IMG/VR virus record: IMGVR_UViG_3300046535_001697
Location: 1 to 64,000 of that record
Length of the DNA stretch: 64,000 nucleotides
Reading direction: 5' to 3' (one strand)
Source of the DNA: a virus
Shown: one piece after another, positions 9,241 to 18,509 of the stretch
How positions within the stretch are numbered: position 1 is the first letter of the stretch
Layout: each line of letters begins with the position of its first letter
Notes under the pieces: generated by a model
Told to the model about the DNA's origin: nothing
Database searches by the model: none
Seen by the model: the letters and a program-made list of their open reading frames with translations, nothing else
Made by a program: the position numbers and the translations under genes

Positions 9241-9876
9241 GTCATCAAAGCCACCCTCATCCTCGAAGACATCGACCCCGGCGACCTGGACCGCATCCGC
9301 GACTTCATCGCCCCCTACAACCCCACCGTCACCATCGCCGACGACAACACCTGGACCGGCGACCGCATCCAGCGGTACTACCTCGCCCTCCCGCCCCGCG
9401 CCCAGCGCATCCTGGAGGAGGCCGTCGCCCGCGATGGCTACGTGCCCGCCGACGCCCTGCGTGGCGACGACGGCACCGCGAGCCTCAAGGGACACAGCGC
9501 CGGCCTCAAGCGCATCCTCGACCGCGGCATCCGCGAAGGCTGGCTCCCCCCGGGCATCAAGCCGCCCGTCCAGGCCGAAGGCCCCGGCTTCGGCAAGGTC
9601 GGTGGCTACACCGTCCCCAGCGGCCTCCGCGACGACTTCCGCGACACCGTGCTCGCCCTCCCCACCAACCGGCGCGCCACTCTGAGCCAGGAGATCACCC
9701 ACCGGGGCCCCGAGGTGAACTGGACTGCCCCGCTCGCAGTCGAAGTCCTCGCCGCCTACGGCCTCGACACCGACACCAAGGGCGCCCGCGCAATCCTGCG
9801 CCACCTCGCCGACACCGGCCTCATCATCAAGACCGGCCCCGACCGCGCCACTTACCGCCTCAACACCGAACAGTGA
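9241..9876 (+). CDS. Hypothetical protein (winged-helix-like); non-canonical or lost start
   Basis: Open coding-like frame from 9241 after GGGAG; first GTG only at 9442. Confidence 0.6.
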   Translation, partial: VIKATLILEDIDPGDLDRIRDFIAPYNPTVTIADDNTWTGDRIQRYYLALPPRAQRILEEAVARDGYVPADALRGDDGTASLKGHSAGLKRILDRGIREGWLPPGIKPPVQAEGPGFGKVGGYTVPSGLRDDFRDTVLALPTNRRATLSQEITHRGPEVNWTAPLAVEVLAAYGLDTDTKGARAILRHLADTGLIIKTGPDRATYRLNTEQ

Positions 9877-9883
9877 GGAACCC

Positions 9884-10363
9884 GTGACCACCACGCTCGC
9901 GCCTGCCCTGCTGCTCCCGACCGGCGACCCGAAGCCCGTCGAGAAGGCCGTCGTCGAGGGCATCATCGACGACTTCGAGCCCGAGACGTTCCTGTGGATC
10001 GTCTTCCACCGGCCCGACGGCGGTGCCCGCGTCTGGTACGCCTGGACCACGGGCGGCGTCCCCCTCGGCGAGCACATCGACCAGCACGCCCTCGCCGCCG
10101 GGTTCGACGCCTCCGACTGGCTGCACATCACCGGCCGACACCGCACCGACCACCACCGCGGACGGATCGAGACCCAGGCCCACCCGCTGCGCCCGATCGA
10201 GGCGGACCTCCGCAACGGCGTCCGCGCACCGGAGAACGAGCGGGACAAGCTCCGTCGGCTCATGAACGTCGCACGCGAGACGGCCGGCCAGCCGCCGCGA
10301 CCCGGCACCACCGTCCCCCGATGGATGGGCGTCGGGCCCACCCTGCTCAACCGAAAGAACTGA
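9884..10363 (+). CDS. Hypothetical protein
   Basis: GAGGA RBS, GC3 bias. Confidence 0.75.
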   Translation: MTTTLAPALLLPTGDPKPVEKAVVEGIIDDFEPETFLWIVFHRPDGGARVWYAWTTGGVPLGEHIDQHALAAGFDASDWLHITGRHRTDHHRGRIETQAHPLRPIEADLRNGVRAPENERDKLRRLMNVARETAGQPPRPGTTVPRWMGVGPTLLNRKN

Positions 10364-10372
10364 GGAGAGACC

Positions 10373-10939
10373 ATGGCCACGATCTACGGCATCTGGGACC
10401 CGGTGAAGGACCAGCCCGGCCCGGTCAACAACAAGTCCTGGATGGAGTGGTGGCCGTCCATGCGCGCCGCCCACGACTCGATGCGCGCCCGCCTCTACCC
10501 CGGCGGCGCCGTCACCGCGGTCGACCCGGCCCGGCACGTCCACCGGGAGGACCGGCCGGACGCGCAGTGGGGCGGCAGCATCGCCCAGTCCTGCATCTAC
10601 CTGTACGACACCCCGGACTCCGACAAGCCCTACGGTCTGGTGGAGTTCGGCCCTCGCGCTGGCGTCCAGTTCCACCGCATCACCGAAGAGCCGCGCACCG
10701 TCACCCTCACCCTCACCTGCGACGGCCGCGAGTTCCACAGCCGGGAGATCGTCGTCCACCCGTGGCACCTCCACAACGGCGCCCGCACCGAGGACCACCG
10801 GTGGGCAAAGTGGCTCGGCCCCGCCACCGACCTCAGCCTGCGCCTCCTGGACGTCCTGCCGCCCGACCCGTACGAGATCACGGCCACCGCTGCCGACACC
10901 GCCACCGGCGAGCAGCTCGCCGCCGCGAACATCCAGTGA
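10373..10939 (+). CDS. Hypothetical protein
   Basis: GAGGAG RBS. Confidence 0.7.
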   Translation: MATIYGIWDPVKDQPGPVNNKSWMEWWPSMRAAHDSMRARLYPGGAVTAVDPARHVHREDRPDAQWGGSIAQSCIYLYDTPDSDKPYGLVEFGPRAGVQFHRITEEPRTVTLTLTCDGREFHSREIVVHPWHLHNGARTEDHRWAKWLGPATDLSLRLLDVLPPDPYEITATAADTATGEQLAAANIQ

Positions 10940-10949
10940 GGATCACGCC

Positions 10950-11741
10950 ATGAGCCGTGAAGTACGCCGCGTCCCCCTCGACTTCGCCTGGCCCATCGAC
11001 CAGGTCTGGGACGGCTACCAGATGCCCACCAGTCTGCAGGCGGACCGCTGCCCCGACTGCTCCCGGGGCATGACGGCCGCCCGCGAGTGGCTCGACACGC
11101 TGTGCACCCGCATCGACATGCTCGCCTCCGACATCACCAACCAGCGGCGCGGCCGCCCCATGCACCCGTGGCTCGCGCAGATGCCCTACCCGGCGCACTC
11201 CGCATTCGTCTACGACGACGAGGGCCGGACCGTCGGCCAGCCGCAGATCCTCCGGCCGTCCGCCGACATCCTCGACCTCGTCGCCGGCCTCAGTGACGAG
11301 AGCCCGGAGTGTCTGACCAACCCGATGCGCGGCAGCAACTACAAGCTGACGTGGAAGGTCATCGAGGCCGCCGGACTCGACAACACCACCTGGGGCATCT
11401 GCCCGACATGCGCCGGCTACGCCTCCGTCGAGAAGTACCCGGGCCAGCGGGCCGAGGCCGAGACGTGGGAGAAGTCCGACCCACCGACCGGCGAAGGCTG
11501 GCAGCTCTGGGAAACCGTCAGCGAGGGCTCCCCGCAAAGCCCGGTCTTCGCGACCGCCGACGGGCTCGCCACCTGGATGTCCGACCCCGCCCGCGGCGAG
11601 GACTGGGTGCCACCCGCCACAGCCGCCGCGTTCATCAAGGCCGGCTGGGCACCCACCGGCGCACACAGCGCCGCCACCGGCGTCATCAGCGGAGTCGAAC
11701 TCGTAGGCCACCACCTCGACGACCCGACCAACCCCGCGTAG
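10950..11741 (+). CDS. Conserved phage protein with CxxC pairs
   Basis: CPDC, CPTC, GEGWQLWETVSEGSP. Confidence 0.8.
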   Translation: MSREVRRVPLDFAWPIDQVWDGYQMPTSLQADRCPDCSRGMTAAREWLDTLCTRIDMLASDITNQRRGRPMHPWLAQMPYPAHSAFVYDDEGRTVGQPQILRPSADILDLVAGLSDESPECLTNPMRGSNYKLTWKVIEAAGLDNTTWGICPTCAGYASVEKYPGQRAEAETWEKSDPPTGEGWQLWETVSEGSPQSPVFATADGLATWMSDPARGEDWVPPATAAAFIKAGWAPTGAHSAATGVISGVELVGHHLDDPTNPA

Positions 11742-11754
11742 CCCAAAGAGGCAA

Positions 11755-11791
11755 GGTGTCCCCGCCGCATTCGACCTGCGGCGGGGACACC
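11755..11791. terminator. Intrinsic terminator hairpin
   Basis: 15-bp stem GGTGTCCCCGCCGCA/TGCGGCGGGGACACC. Confidence 0.75.
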
Positions 11792-11813
11792 GCCATTGTC
11801 TACCCTGGTGGTC

Positions 11814-12788
11814 ATGACGACCACGGTGCCCGCCCAGCTCGACGCCGACCTGCAGGCCCTCCGCGACCGCGCCGCCGCCGACCCCACCATCGGCACCTCC
11901 AAGCACCGCATCGACCGCCTCACCACCGTCGTCTCCATGCTCAAGCGCGCAGCCGCCGACCTCGACCCCCAGCAACGCGCCAGCGTCGACGCACTGCTGC
12001 GCCCCGACGTCATCGGCCACCCCGACCAGCCCGACACGATCCTCGGCCGGGCCATCGACGGCCGCTACCGCACCCGGCCCAACCCCGACCCGCTCACCGC
12101 CGCCACCCAACGCGCACTCATGGACGGCCTCGCCGACCTCAACCGCGCCCACGGCCGGCCCCCCTACTGGTGGCAAGAGCCCGGCAACCGCTACCGGCCC
12201 GCGCTGCGCCCCTGGTCCGGGCACACCGAAGAACCGATGACACCCGGTGCACACCGGGTGCTGCGCCGCGCGCTCAGCCGGCCGTACCCGGACCCGGCAC
12301 GGGAGGCGTTCCGGCTGCGGACCCTCGCGATGCTGGAGGTGCTGTGGGACACCGCGGTCGAGCCGGAGGGCCTGGTCGCCGCGGACACCACCGACCTCGT
12401 CGACGGGGTGGAGGAGATCGAGCTGACGTTCAACCCGCCCGGCCGGACCGAGGCCGTCACCGCGACGGTGCCGCTCGGCCCGTCGGCGCGCGCGGCGCTG
12501 CGGCTGTGGCTGCCGGTGCGGCGCCGGGTGGTGGCCGAGCACCTGGTGGCCGGCCCGGACCATCCCGCGAACCAGGCCCTGTTCGTCACGCTGCGGGCGA
12601 CGACCGGCACCTACCCGGACACGGGGCTGCCGCGGCTGGTCCCGCCCGGGCTGCGGATCACCCGCGGGGGCCTGCTCGTGAGCTACCGGTCGACCGCGCG
12701 GCGCCTCAACGCCGAGCACCACGGGCAGAAAGGCTGGCCAGTGCCGACGAGCCTGTACCTCATCACCCGCGGTGCGGCCCAGACCTGA
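11814..12788 (+). CDS. Degenerate tyrosine-recombinase-like protein
   Basis: RLRTLAMLEVLWDTAVEPEGLVAADTTDL resembles box I; catalytic R, HxxR and Y absent. Confidence 0.6.
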   Translation: MTTTVPAQLDADLQALRDRAAADPTIGTSKHRIDRLTTVVSMLKRAAADLDPQQRASVDALLRPDVIGHPDQPDTILGRAIDGRYRTRPNPDPLTAATQRALMDGLADLNRAHGRPPYWWQEPGNRYRPALRPWSGHTEEPMTPGAHRVLRRALSRPYPDPAREAFRLRTLAMLEVLWDTAVEPEGLVAADTTDLVDGVEEIELTFNPPGRTEAVTATVPLGPSARAALRLWLPVRRRVVAEHLVAGPDHPANQALFVTLRATTGTYPDTGLPRLVPPGLRITRGGLLVSYRSTARRLNAEHHGQKGWPVPTSLYLITRGAAQT

Positions 12789-12957
12789 GCCGGGGAGTTG
12801 TGCAGCCGTAGGTGCCGGAGAGCAGGGGGCGGCAGATGGGCCAGGATGCCCGGGGAGGTTCGGGAGGCATCGCGCCGCAGCCGGAACCGTCGGGGTTCTT
12901 GATCAACGTATTAGTTAGACGTTTCGTCGGACACGGCGGGACTCGAGAGCCCCTGCA

Positions 12958-13362
12958 CTACTGGATCCTCCAGCGCATCTCCGCCCACAGCGTGGTCCCG
13001 GACGCGTCCAGTTCGTGCCCCATGCCGCTCGAGAGCTCCCGAACCAGACGAAGGCCCGCGCCGTCGTCCGTGCCGGTCGCGGTGGCCGTGAGCTCGGCGA
13101 CGGGGGTGGCAGTGGTGCGGCCGGCGTCGTGCACCTCGACCCGCAGCCACCTGTGGAAGGTCCGCACCTGGACGGAGAGGGTGAACGATTCGCCTCCGTG
13201 CCGGAGCGCGGCCTTGGCGAGCTCCTCGACGATGCGGCCGGCGTCCCTGCGGACCTCCTCAGGCGCGAACGCCTGGAGTAGGCTGCGCAGGCTCCGGCGC
13301 GCGACGCTGACAGATTCGGGCACGCCGGGGAGGGTGATCATCAGATCAGGGTCGCCGTTCAC
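12958..13362 (-). CDS. RsbW-like HATPase_c ATP-binding protein
   Basis: SVSVARR...EL..A.RHG, VEVHDAG, GAGLRLV, GTTLWAE. Confidence 0.8.
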   Translation of the reverse strand: MNGDPDLMITLPGVPESVSVARRSLRSLLQAFAPEEVRRDAGRIVEELAKAALRHGGESFTLSVQVRTFHRWLRVEVHDAGRTTATPVAELTATATGTDDGAGLRLVRELSSGMGHELDASGTTLWAEMRWRIQ

Positions 13363-13443
13363 TGCGCATTACTCCTACCCGGTCCACCGTCACGCAATTA
13401 TGACGCACAGTGAACTGTATCGGTCCGGTTTGCGGTGTCCCGA

Positions 13444-13461
13444 CACAGCCACAAAGCTGTG
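13444..13461. promoter_or_regulatory. Possible operator in divergent intergenic region
   Basis: CACAGC-cacaaa-GCTGTG. Confidence 0.35.
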
Positions 13462-13493
13462 CCCAAAGCTGGATTCGGTGAAGAGGGCCCTCC

Positions 13494-14255
13494 ATGGTGT
13501 TCGAGCAGTCATCCACGCCGCGGTACGTGGAGATTGCCGACGACCTGCGCGGGCGCATCAACCGGGGCGAGTGGGAGCCCGGCGACCCGTTCCTGTCGCA
13601 TCAGGAAATCAAGGAGCAGTACGGGGTATCGAGCACCACGGCGGCCGGCGTGCGCTCCATCCTCCTGTCCCAGGGCATCCTCGAGCCGCGCCCCGGCGCC
13701 CGGATGACGGTCCGCCGGCCACCCGAGCGGCGTCGTATCGACCGCACCTCCGCCGCCCCCGAATCCTCCGCGCACCCCCTGCGCGAGCAGGAGATCACCG
13801 CCGGCCGGGCCGGTGAGTGGGCGAGCAAGACCCGGTGGGCCCAGACACCGCGGGAGATCGCCGAGCTGCTCCGCGTCGAGGCCGGGTCAAAGGCGGTCGT
13901 CACCGACTACCAGTTCCGGTCCGCCGGACGCCTCGTGCGCCTGGCCCGCTGCTGGGAACCGGACGCCCTCGTGGGCGGCACCGTCGTCCAGCTCCCCGAG
14001 GAGGGCCCGTACGCGGGCCGCGGCGTCGTGGAGCGCATGGAGGCGCTCGGGATCGGCCCACTGACCGTCCGGGACGAGCTGGTGGCGTGCCCCGCCAGCC
14101 ATGACGAGGCGCAGCTGCTCGCGGTAGGGCTCGGTTCCCCCGTGCTGAGGGCGACTCGGGTCTACACGGGCCCGGATGGCCGGCCGGTGCACGTGGAGCA
14201 GTCCGTGGTGCGCGGGGAGACGTCGTCGATGATCTACCGGCTGTCGGCGGGCTGA
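13494..14255 (+). CDS. GntR/UTRA transcriptional regulator (KorSA/TraR-like)
   Basis: PRYVEIADDLRGRI...GEWEPG wHTH plus UTRA domain. Confidence 0.9.
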   Translation: MVFEQSSTPRYVEIADDLRGRINRGEWEPGDPFLSHQEIKEQYGVSSTTAAGVRSILLSQGILEPRPGARMTVRRPPERRRIDRTSAAPESSAHPLREQEITAGRAGEWASKTRWAQTPREIAELLRVEAGSKAVVTDYQFRSAGRLVRLARCWEPDALVGGTVVQLPEEGPYAGRGVVERMEALGIGPLTVRDELVACPASHDEAQLLAVGLGSPVLRATRVYTGPDGRPVHVEQSVVRGETSSMIYRLSAG

Positions 14256-14267
14256 ACGCACGAAACC

Positions 14268-14293
14268 GCCCCGCCCCCAGGCGGGGGCGGGGC
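14268..14293. terminator. Bidirectional terminator at end of late operon
   Basis: GCCCCGCCCCC/GGGGGCGGGGC between convergent genes. Confidence 0.75.
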
Positions 14294-14300
14294 TGCGGTG

Positions 14301-14666
14301 TCAGACACCAGTTCGGTTGTACTCCTCCACCAGAGGATGCGGCGGCACGGGTTCGATGTGTGCGTCCCGCATCTGTGCGGCCCACCTGTCGCATGTCACG
14401 GCGAAGGCGCGGAGCAGCGATTCGAAGCGGCTCTGGCGTTGGCGGAGCGCCCCGTTCTCGGCGTCCACCCGGTCGACGGTGGCCTGCAGGACGGCGAGGT
14501 CGACCGATTTGGCTTGTGGGCCGGCGGCCACGAGGGCCGCCGTGCGCTGTGCTTCCGCTGTGGCGACGGCGGCCACGCGGGTTGCGCGCGCGGCGAACCA
14601 CGCGGCGAGAGGTACTCCTGCTGCGGCAAGGACTGTGCCCAGCGCCGCCCACGTTCCAGCGCTCAC
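14301..14666 (-). CDS. Membrane-anchored coiled-coil protein (lysis cassette)
   Basis: N-terminal TM segment then coiled coil; coupled. Confidence 0.75.
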   Translation of the reverse strand: MSAGTWAALGTVLAAAGVPLAAWFAARATRVAAVATAEAQRTAALVAAGPQAKSVDLAVLQATVDRVDAENGALRQRQSRFESLLRAFAVTCDRWAAQMRDAHIEPVPPHPLVEEYNRTGV

Positions 14667-15100
14667 ACGCTCCTCCTGTTCGCCGCGCGGCGCTGGGGGA
14701 CGCTGTGCTCAGGCACGGTGCTGGCCCACAGGATGACGCCGACGTGGCTGGTCATGTACCAGATGAAGATCCAGATGCCGCGGGTGTACTCCCCCGTGGC
14801 TGCCGCGACGCCGTAGGCGAGCGCCCACAGCAGCGGGGCGATGATGGCGGCGGCGAATCCCGCTCCGTCCCGGCCGACTTGCAGGAACGCCGACGACGCT
14901 GTGACGATCCCGGCGATGATCCACACCCAGGCCCAGCAGTGCAGTGGGGCGTAGCGGGTGAGCAGGCCGAGGCCGATCCCCGCGGACGGGGTCACGATGA
15001 ACGAGGCGCCCCAGCAGACCTTGCCGATGCCGAGAATGAGGAGGGGTACGCCGCGGCGGCCCAGGTGCCGGCACAACACGCGGGCCGCCACGGCGCGCAC
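14663..15100 (-). CDS. Multi-pass membrane protein (lysis cassette)
   Basis: About 4 hydrophobic segments. Confidence 0.8.
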   Translation of the reverse strand: MRAVAARVLCRHLGRRGVPLLILGIGKVCWGASFIVTPSAGIGLGLLTRYAPLHCWAWVWIIAGIVTASSAFLQVGRDGAGFAAAIIAPLLWALAYGVAAATGEYTRGIWIFIWYMTSHVGVILWASTVPEHSVPQRRAANRRSV

Positions 15101-15469
15101 TCAGACCTCCCTGAGGGGGATCGCCGCCGGCGTCGGTTCGGCCGGCACCGGCGCGGTGACCTGGGTGCGGACGAACATGGCGATGGCCACGCCGACGGTC
15201 GACAGGATGGTGGCCTGCAGGTCCGCGGACATGTGCAGGCCGAACCCTACCGAGAGGGCGAGCGAGCCCTGGGCCACGCCGAGCAGGGCGGCGGACATCC
15301 CGTCGTGCACGATTCGTGCGACCACGAGCCCCACGATGGCCGCGATCAGGGCGTTGATCAGGGACTGCTGGTCGACGCTCAGGTGGAGCCAGAAAGCGCC
15401 GATCAGCTTGACGAGGCCTGCGGCGAGGGCGAGCCAGAGGGCCGGTTCACGGCCGAGGATCTTGGGCAT
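15101..15469 (-). CDS. Holin
   Basis: MPKILGREPALWLAL...VRTQVT; TM segments; follows endolysin. Confidence 0.8.
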   Translation of the reverse strand: MPKILGREPALWLALAAGLVKLIGAFWLHLSVDQQSLINALIAAIVGLVVARIVHDGMSAALLGVAQGSLALSVGFGLHMSADLQATILSTVGVAIAMFVRTQVTAPVPAEPTPAAIPLREV

Positions 15470-15482
15470 TGTCAGATTCCTG

Positions 15483-16370
15483 TCAGGTGAGGTTGTCGGT
15501 GCGGAACGCGGCGGTCCAGGTGTCGTGGCCGACGAGGCTGTCCTGTTCCTTGGGCTGCCCGGGGAACTTCTCCCGCTGGAACTCCAAGGTGATCGCCTGG
15601 GTCTTGTTGCCGAAGTAGCCGTCCGCGACGCCGATGCCGGACCAGCCGCGGTCGCGCATGCGCTGCTGGTACGCCTTGACGTTCGGGTCGTAGTGCTGCG
15701 GCGCGTAGCCCATGACGTATCCGGGATACGGCTTGAGCAGGGCCGGCGGCTTCGGTGCGGGCACCGGGGAAGGGGCTGGCGCGGGAGCGACGCCGAACAG
15801 GTCGGGCATCGGGCCGGGGTCGGTGTGGTCGTTCTCCGGGACCTGACTGTGGCCATAGTGGCCGCTGGCGCTGTTCCAGATCGCGGCGTTGCGGTGGCTG
15901 TTCCAGTCGGGTGCGCCCATGGGCCACACGTCCGGGACGCCCCAGGACCGGAGCCACTCGACGATCCCGTCGAGACCGACGAGGGGGGTATCGCGCAGGG
16001 TCGGGTAGACCTTGCCGTCGAACCGGCAGTAGGGGAAGAACAGGGACTCAATCTGGATGCAGACGTTGCCCTTGCGGTTCGTCTCCACCCCGCCCGGGGC
16101 GTTGACCACGGACTTGCTGAACTGGTTGGCGGGGTGGAACTGCGCGACCCGCCCCGTGAAGGGATCCCACAGCACATGCGGCGCCACCCCCGCGCCACCA
16201 CCCGCGAAGTACGAGGCGAGGCTGTCGAACGGCAGCAGGTCCGCCGGCGCGGCCGCAGTGGCGTTCCGGTCCCAGGTGATGTGCCAGATCGTGCGGGCGC
16301 CGCCGTCGCCGGCCATCGCACCGGACGTCAGGTCGTGGCGCTCGGCGCCGGGCAGGTACAGGTCGGGCAT
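15483..16370 (-). CDS. Endolysin (amidase plus peptidoglycan-binding domain)
   Basis: WHIT, GHYGHSQVPENDHTDPG, Pro linker, DGYFGNKT..FQ. Confidence 0.88.
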   Translation of the reverse strand: MPDLYLPGAERHDLTSGAMAGDGGARTIWHITWDRNATAAAPADLLPFDSLASYFAGGGAGVAPHVLWDPFTGRVAQFHPANQFSKSVVNAPGGVETNRKGNVCIQIESLFFPYCRFDGKVYPTLRDTPLVGLDGIVEWLRSWGVPDVWPMGAPDWNSHRNAAIWNSASGHYGHSQVPENDHTDPGPMPDLFGVAPAPAPSPVPAPKPPALLKPYPGYVMGYAPQHYDPNVKAYQQRMRDRGWSGIGVADGYFGNKTQAITLEFQREKFPGQPKEQDSLVGHDTWTAAFRTDNLT

Positions 16371-16371
16371 G

Positions 16372-17310
16372 TCAGGTCTCCTTGCCGGTCAGCCACGCCT
16401 CAGCGGCCTTGATGAACGCCTTGGTCGCGGTGATGAACGCGCGCAGTGCTGCGGCGAACGCGCCGGACGCCGCGGGGGCGGGAGCCGGTACGGGTGCGGG
16501 CGGCGTCGGAACAGGCACCGGCTGCGGGACCGGGTTGGGCTCTCCGGTCAGGGCCGCGAAGGTCTGGCCGAACGCGGCCAGGTCGAAGCCCGCTGCGCCC
16601 ACGCCGGTCTTCGGGTCGACGGAGTCGGGGCCGAAGATGACCCAGGCTTCCTCGACGTACTTCTTGAAGAACGCCCAGGTCATGCGCTGGACCTTGCCCC
16701 AGGTGACGCACTCGAGACCGGTCTCGTCATAGGCGCCGATCGTGATGCAGTGGCCGCCCTCGAGTCGGGCACCGCGCACCACGTCCCACGTCTCGCCCGC
16801 GTTGAACTGGTCCATCGCGGAGCCGGGGAAGTTGATGCCGACGTAGATCTGCCCGAACAGGCTGATGGCCTGCTTGACCTCGTCGAGGTTCGCCGGGTCG
16901 ACTTTGGCGAATGCGAGGATCTTCTCGCCGAGGAAGCCGTGCTTGCGCCAGTAGTCCAGGACGTCCTGGCAGACGGCGCCCTGGTCGGTCGGGTTGCTGC
17001 CAGACGGGCCGGCGTTGGGGTCGAACCCGGTGATGGCGCTGTAGAAGGCGAGGGCGTCGGCGACGGTGACCTTCAGCACGGTGCGCTGGTTGATGTACAC
17101 GTCGCCGATGCGCTTGTGGGCGACGCCGGCGCAGGTGCAGTCCCCCCAGATGTCGTTGCCGAGGACGCCCCACGCTGCCTCGGGCACGGGGTACAGCCAG
17201 TCGACGGACGGCGGCGGGGCGGGGAGTGTGGCGGGGAGGAACGTTCCGAGCCGCAGGTGCGGTCGGGCGGGCTCGGCCGGTCGGCGGCCGCCGCGGAAAG
17301 TGGTGGGCAC
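16372..17310 (-). CDS. Papain-like (C1-type) cysteine peptidase
   Basis: VDW, GNDIWGDC, GGHC, VTWG. Confidence 0.75.
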   Translation of the reverse strand: MPTTFRGGRRPAEPARPHLRLGTFLPATLPAPPPSVDWLYPVPEAAWGVLGNDIWGDCTCAGVAHKRIGDVYINQRTVLKVTVADALAFYSAITGFDPNAGPSGSNPTDQGAVCQDVLDYWRKHGFLGEKILAFAKVDPANLDEVKQAISLFGQIYVGINFPGSAMDQFNAGETWDVVRGARLEGGHCITIGAYDETGLECVTWGKVQRMTWAFFKKYVEEAWVIFGPDSVDPKTGVGAAGFDLAAFGQTFAALTGEPNPVPQPVPVPTPPAPVPAPAPAASGAFAAALRAFITATKAFIKAAEAWLTGKET

Positions 17311-17322
17311 AGGGCCTCCAGG

Positions 17323-18465
17323 TCAGTTGCAGGTGAGGGGTGCGAGCGCGGGGCGCCAGAGGCCGCCGTCACCGGTCGAGCCGTACGCGGGGCGGAAGGT
17401 GAGCGGCTCCAGGTGCTGCCCGGCGCCGGTCTCGTTCGGGGTGCCGCGCCAGAGGTTGACCTTCTGCCAGGGCACGCCGTCCATGACGCTCACGCCGTCG
17501 ACCTGGCCGCCGCAGCTGTTGGCGCTCCACATCCGGCGGCCGTAAGCGAGGGAGCCGGCGCCGACGTTGACCGGGGCGGTCCAGGGGCCGAGCTGGGCGG
17601 GGGCGGTGGCGTAGCCGGCGGGCGCCCCGGTGCAGTAGCCGCAGCCGGGGTCGGAGAAGGTCATCACCCAGGTGCCGGTGGTCGGGTCTTTCCAGCCGCC
17701 CATGGCCTCGACGCCCTTGAGGCCGGCGACGTTGGTGGAGCCGGTGCCGGATCCGTCGGCGCCCCAGTAGCCGAGGCGTTCGATGCCGAGGCCGGTGGTG
17801 CCGGCCATTGGGCAGAGCAGCGCCGGGGGCTGGCCGCCGTCGGCCGGGAGGAACCCGGCGTCGCCGTTGGCGCCGTTGCACTGCGTCAGGCCCGGGCGGT
17901 GGGTGGTCCCGTACGGGGCGCCCGCGGAGGCGCCGCACGGGCCCGCCGGGCCGTTGCAGCCCATCGCCATGTAGGCGTGCTGCGCCCCGCCGTTGCTGTA
18001 GTACCAGGGGGCGTTGAACCACAGCACGAACACGCCGTCGTTCGGGCCCCAGCCGACGCGCTGGATCATCCGCGGCGTGAAACACCCCTGACCGGTCGCG
18101 CCGCAGGTGGCCTGGTAGGTCTTGCCGGGGTTGTACGGGTCGGGCGCGGTCGGGGAGAACAGCGTGACGGGCGTCGACCAGGGGCCGGACAGCGACGGCG
18201 CGGTGCTCACCCCGAACCCGCACCAGGGCGTCCCAGCCGTGTACCAGGAGAATCCGCACGAGTACATCGACCCGTACCAGTAGTACGTGCTGCCGAACTT
18301 GGTGATCTGCCCGTCGTGCAGGTCCACGCCGGCGATGGTGACGGGGTCGGGCAGCGGGTCGGCGGCGGCCGTGCCGGGGGCGGGTGCGGCGCCGAGGGCG
18401 ACGGCCAGGACGAGCAGGAGGGCCGCGAGGGCGCGGCGGATGCGGGTCACGATGCCTCCGGGCAT
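17323..18465 (-). CDS. Secreted beta-propeller glycoside hydrolase-like protein (GH43-like)
   Basis: Signal peptide; DLHDGQITKFGSTYYWYG, F.PRM, EAMG, LGPW. Confidence 0.65.
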   Translation of the reverse strand: MPGGIVTRIRRALAALLLVLAVALGAAPAPGTAAADPLPDPVTIAGVDLHDGQITKFGSTYYWYGSMYSCGFSWYTAGTPWCGFGVSTAPSLSGPWSTPVTLFSPTAPDPYNPGKTYQATCGATGQGCFTPRMIQRVGWGPNDGVFVLWFNAPWYYSNGGAQHAYMAMGCNGPAGPCGASAGAPYGTTHRPGLTQCNGANGDAGFLPADGGQPPALLCPMAGTTGLGIERLGYWGADGSGTGSTNVAGLKGVEAMGGWKDPTTGTWVMTFSDPGCGYCTGAPAGYATAPAQLGPWTAPVNVGAGSLAYGRRMWSANSCGGQVDGVSVMDGVPWQKVNLWRGTPNETGAGQHLEPLTFRPAYGSTGDGGLWRPALAPLTCN

Positions 18466-18509
18466 GGTGAAGCCCCCGGCCGGACGGCTCGGGGGCTGGT
18501 GAGGGGCGG

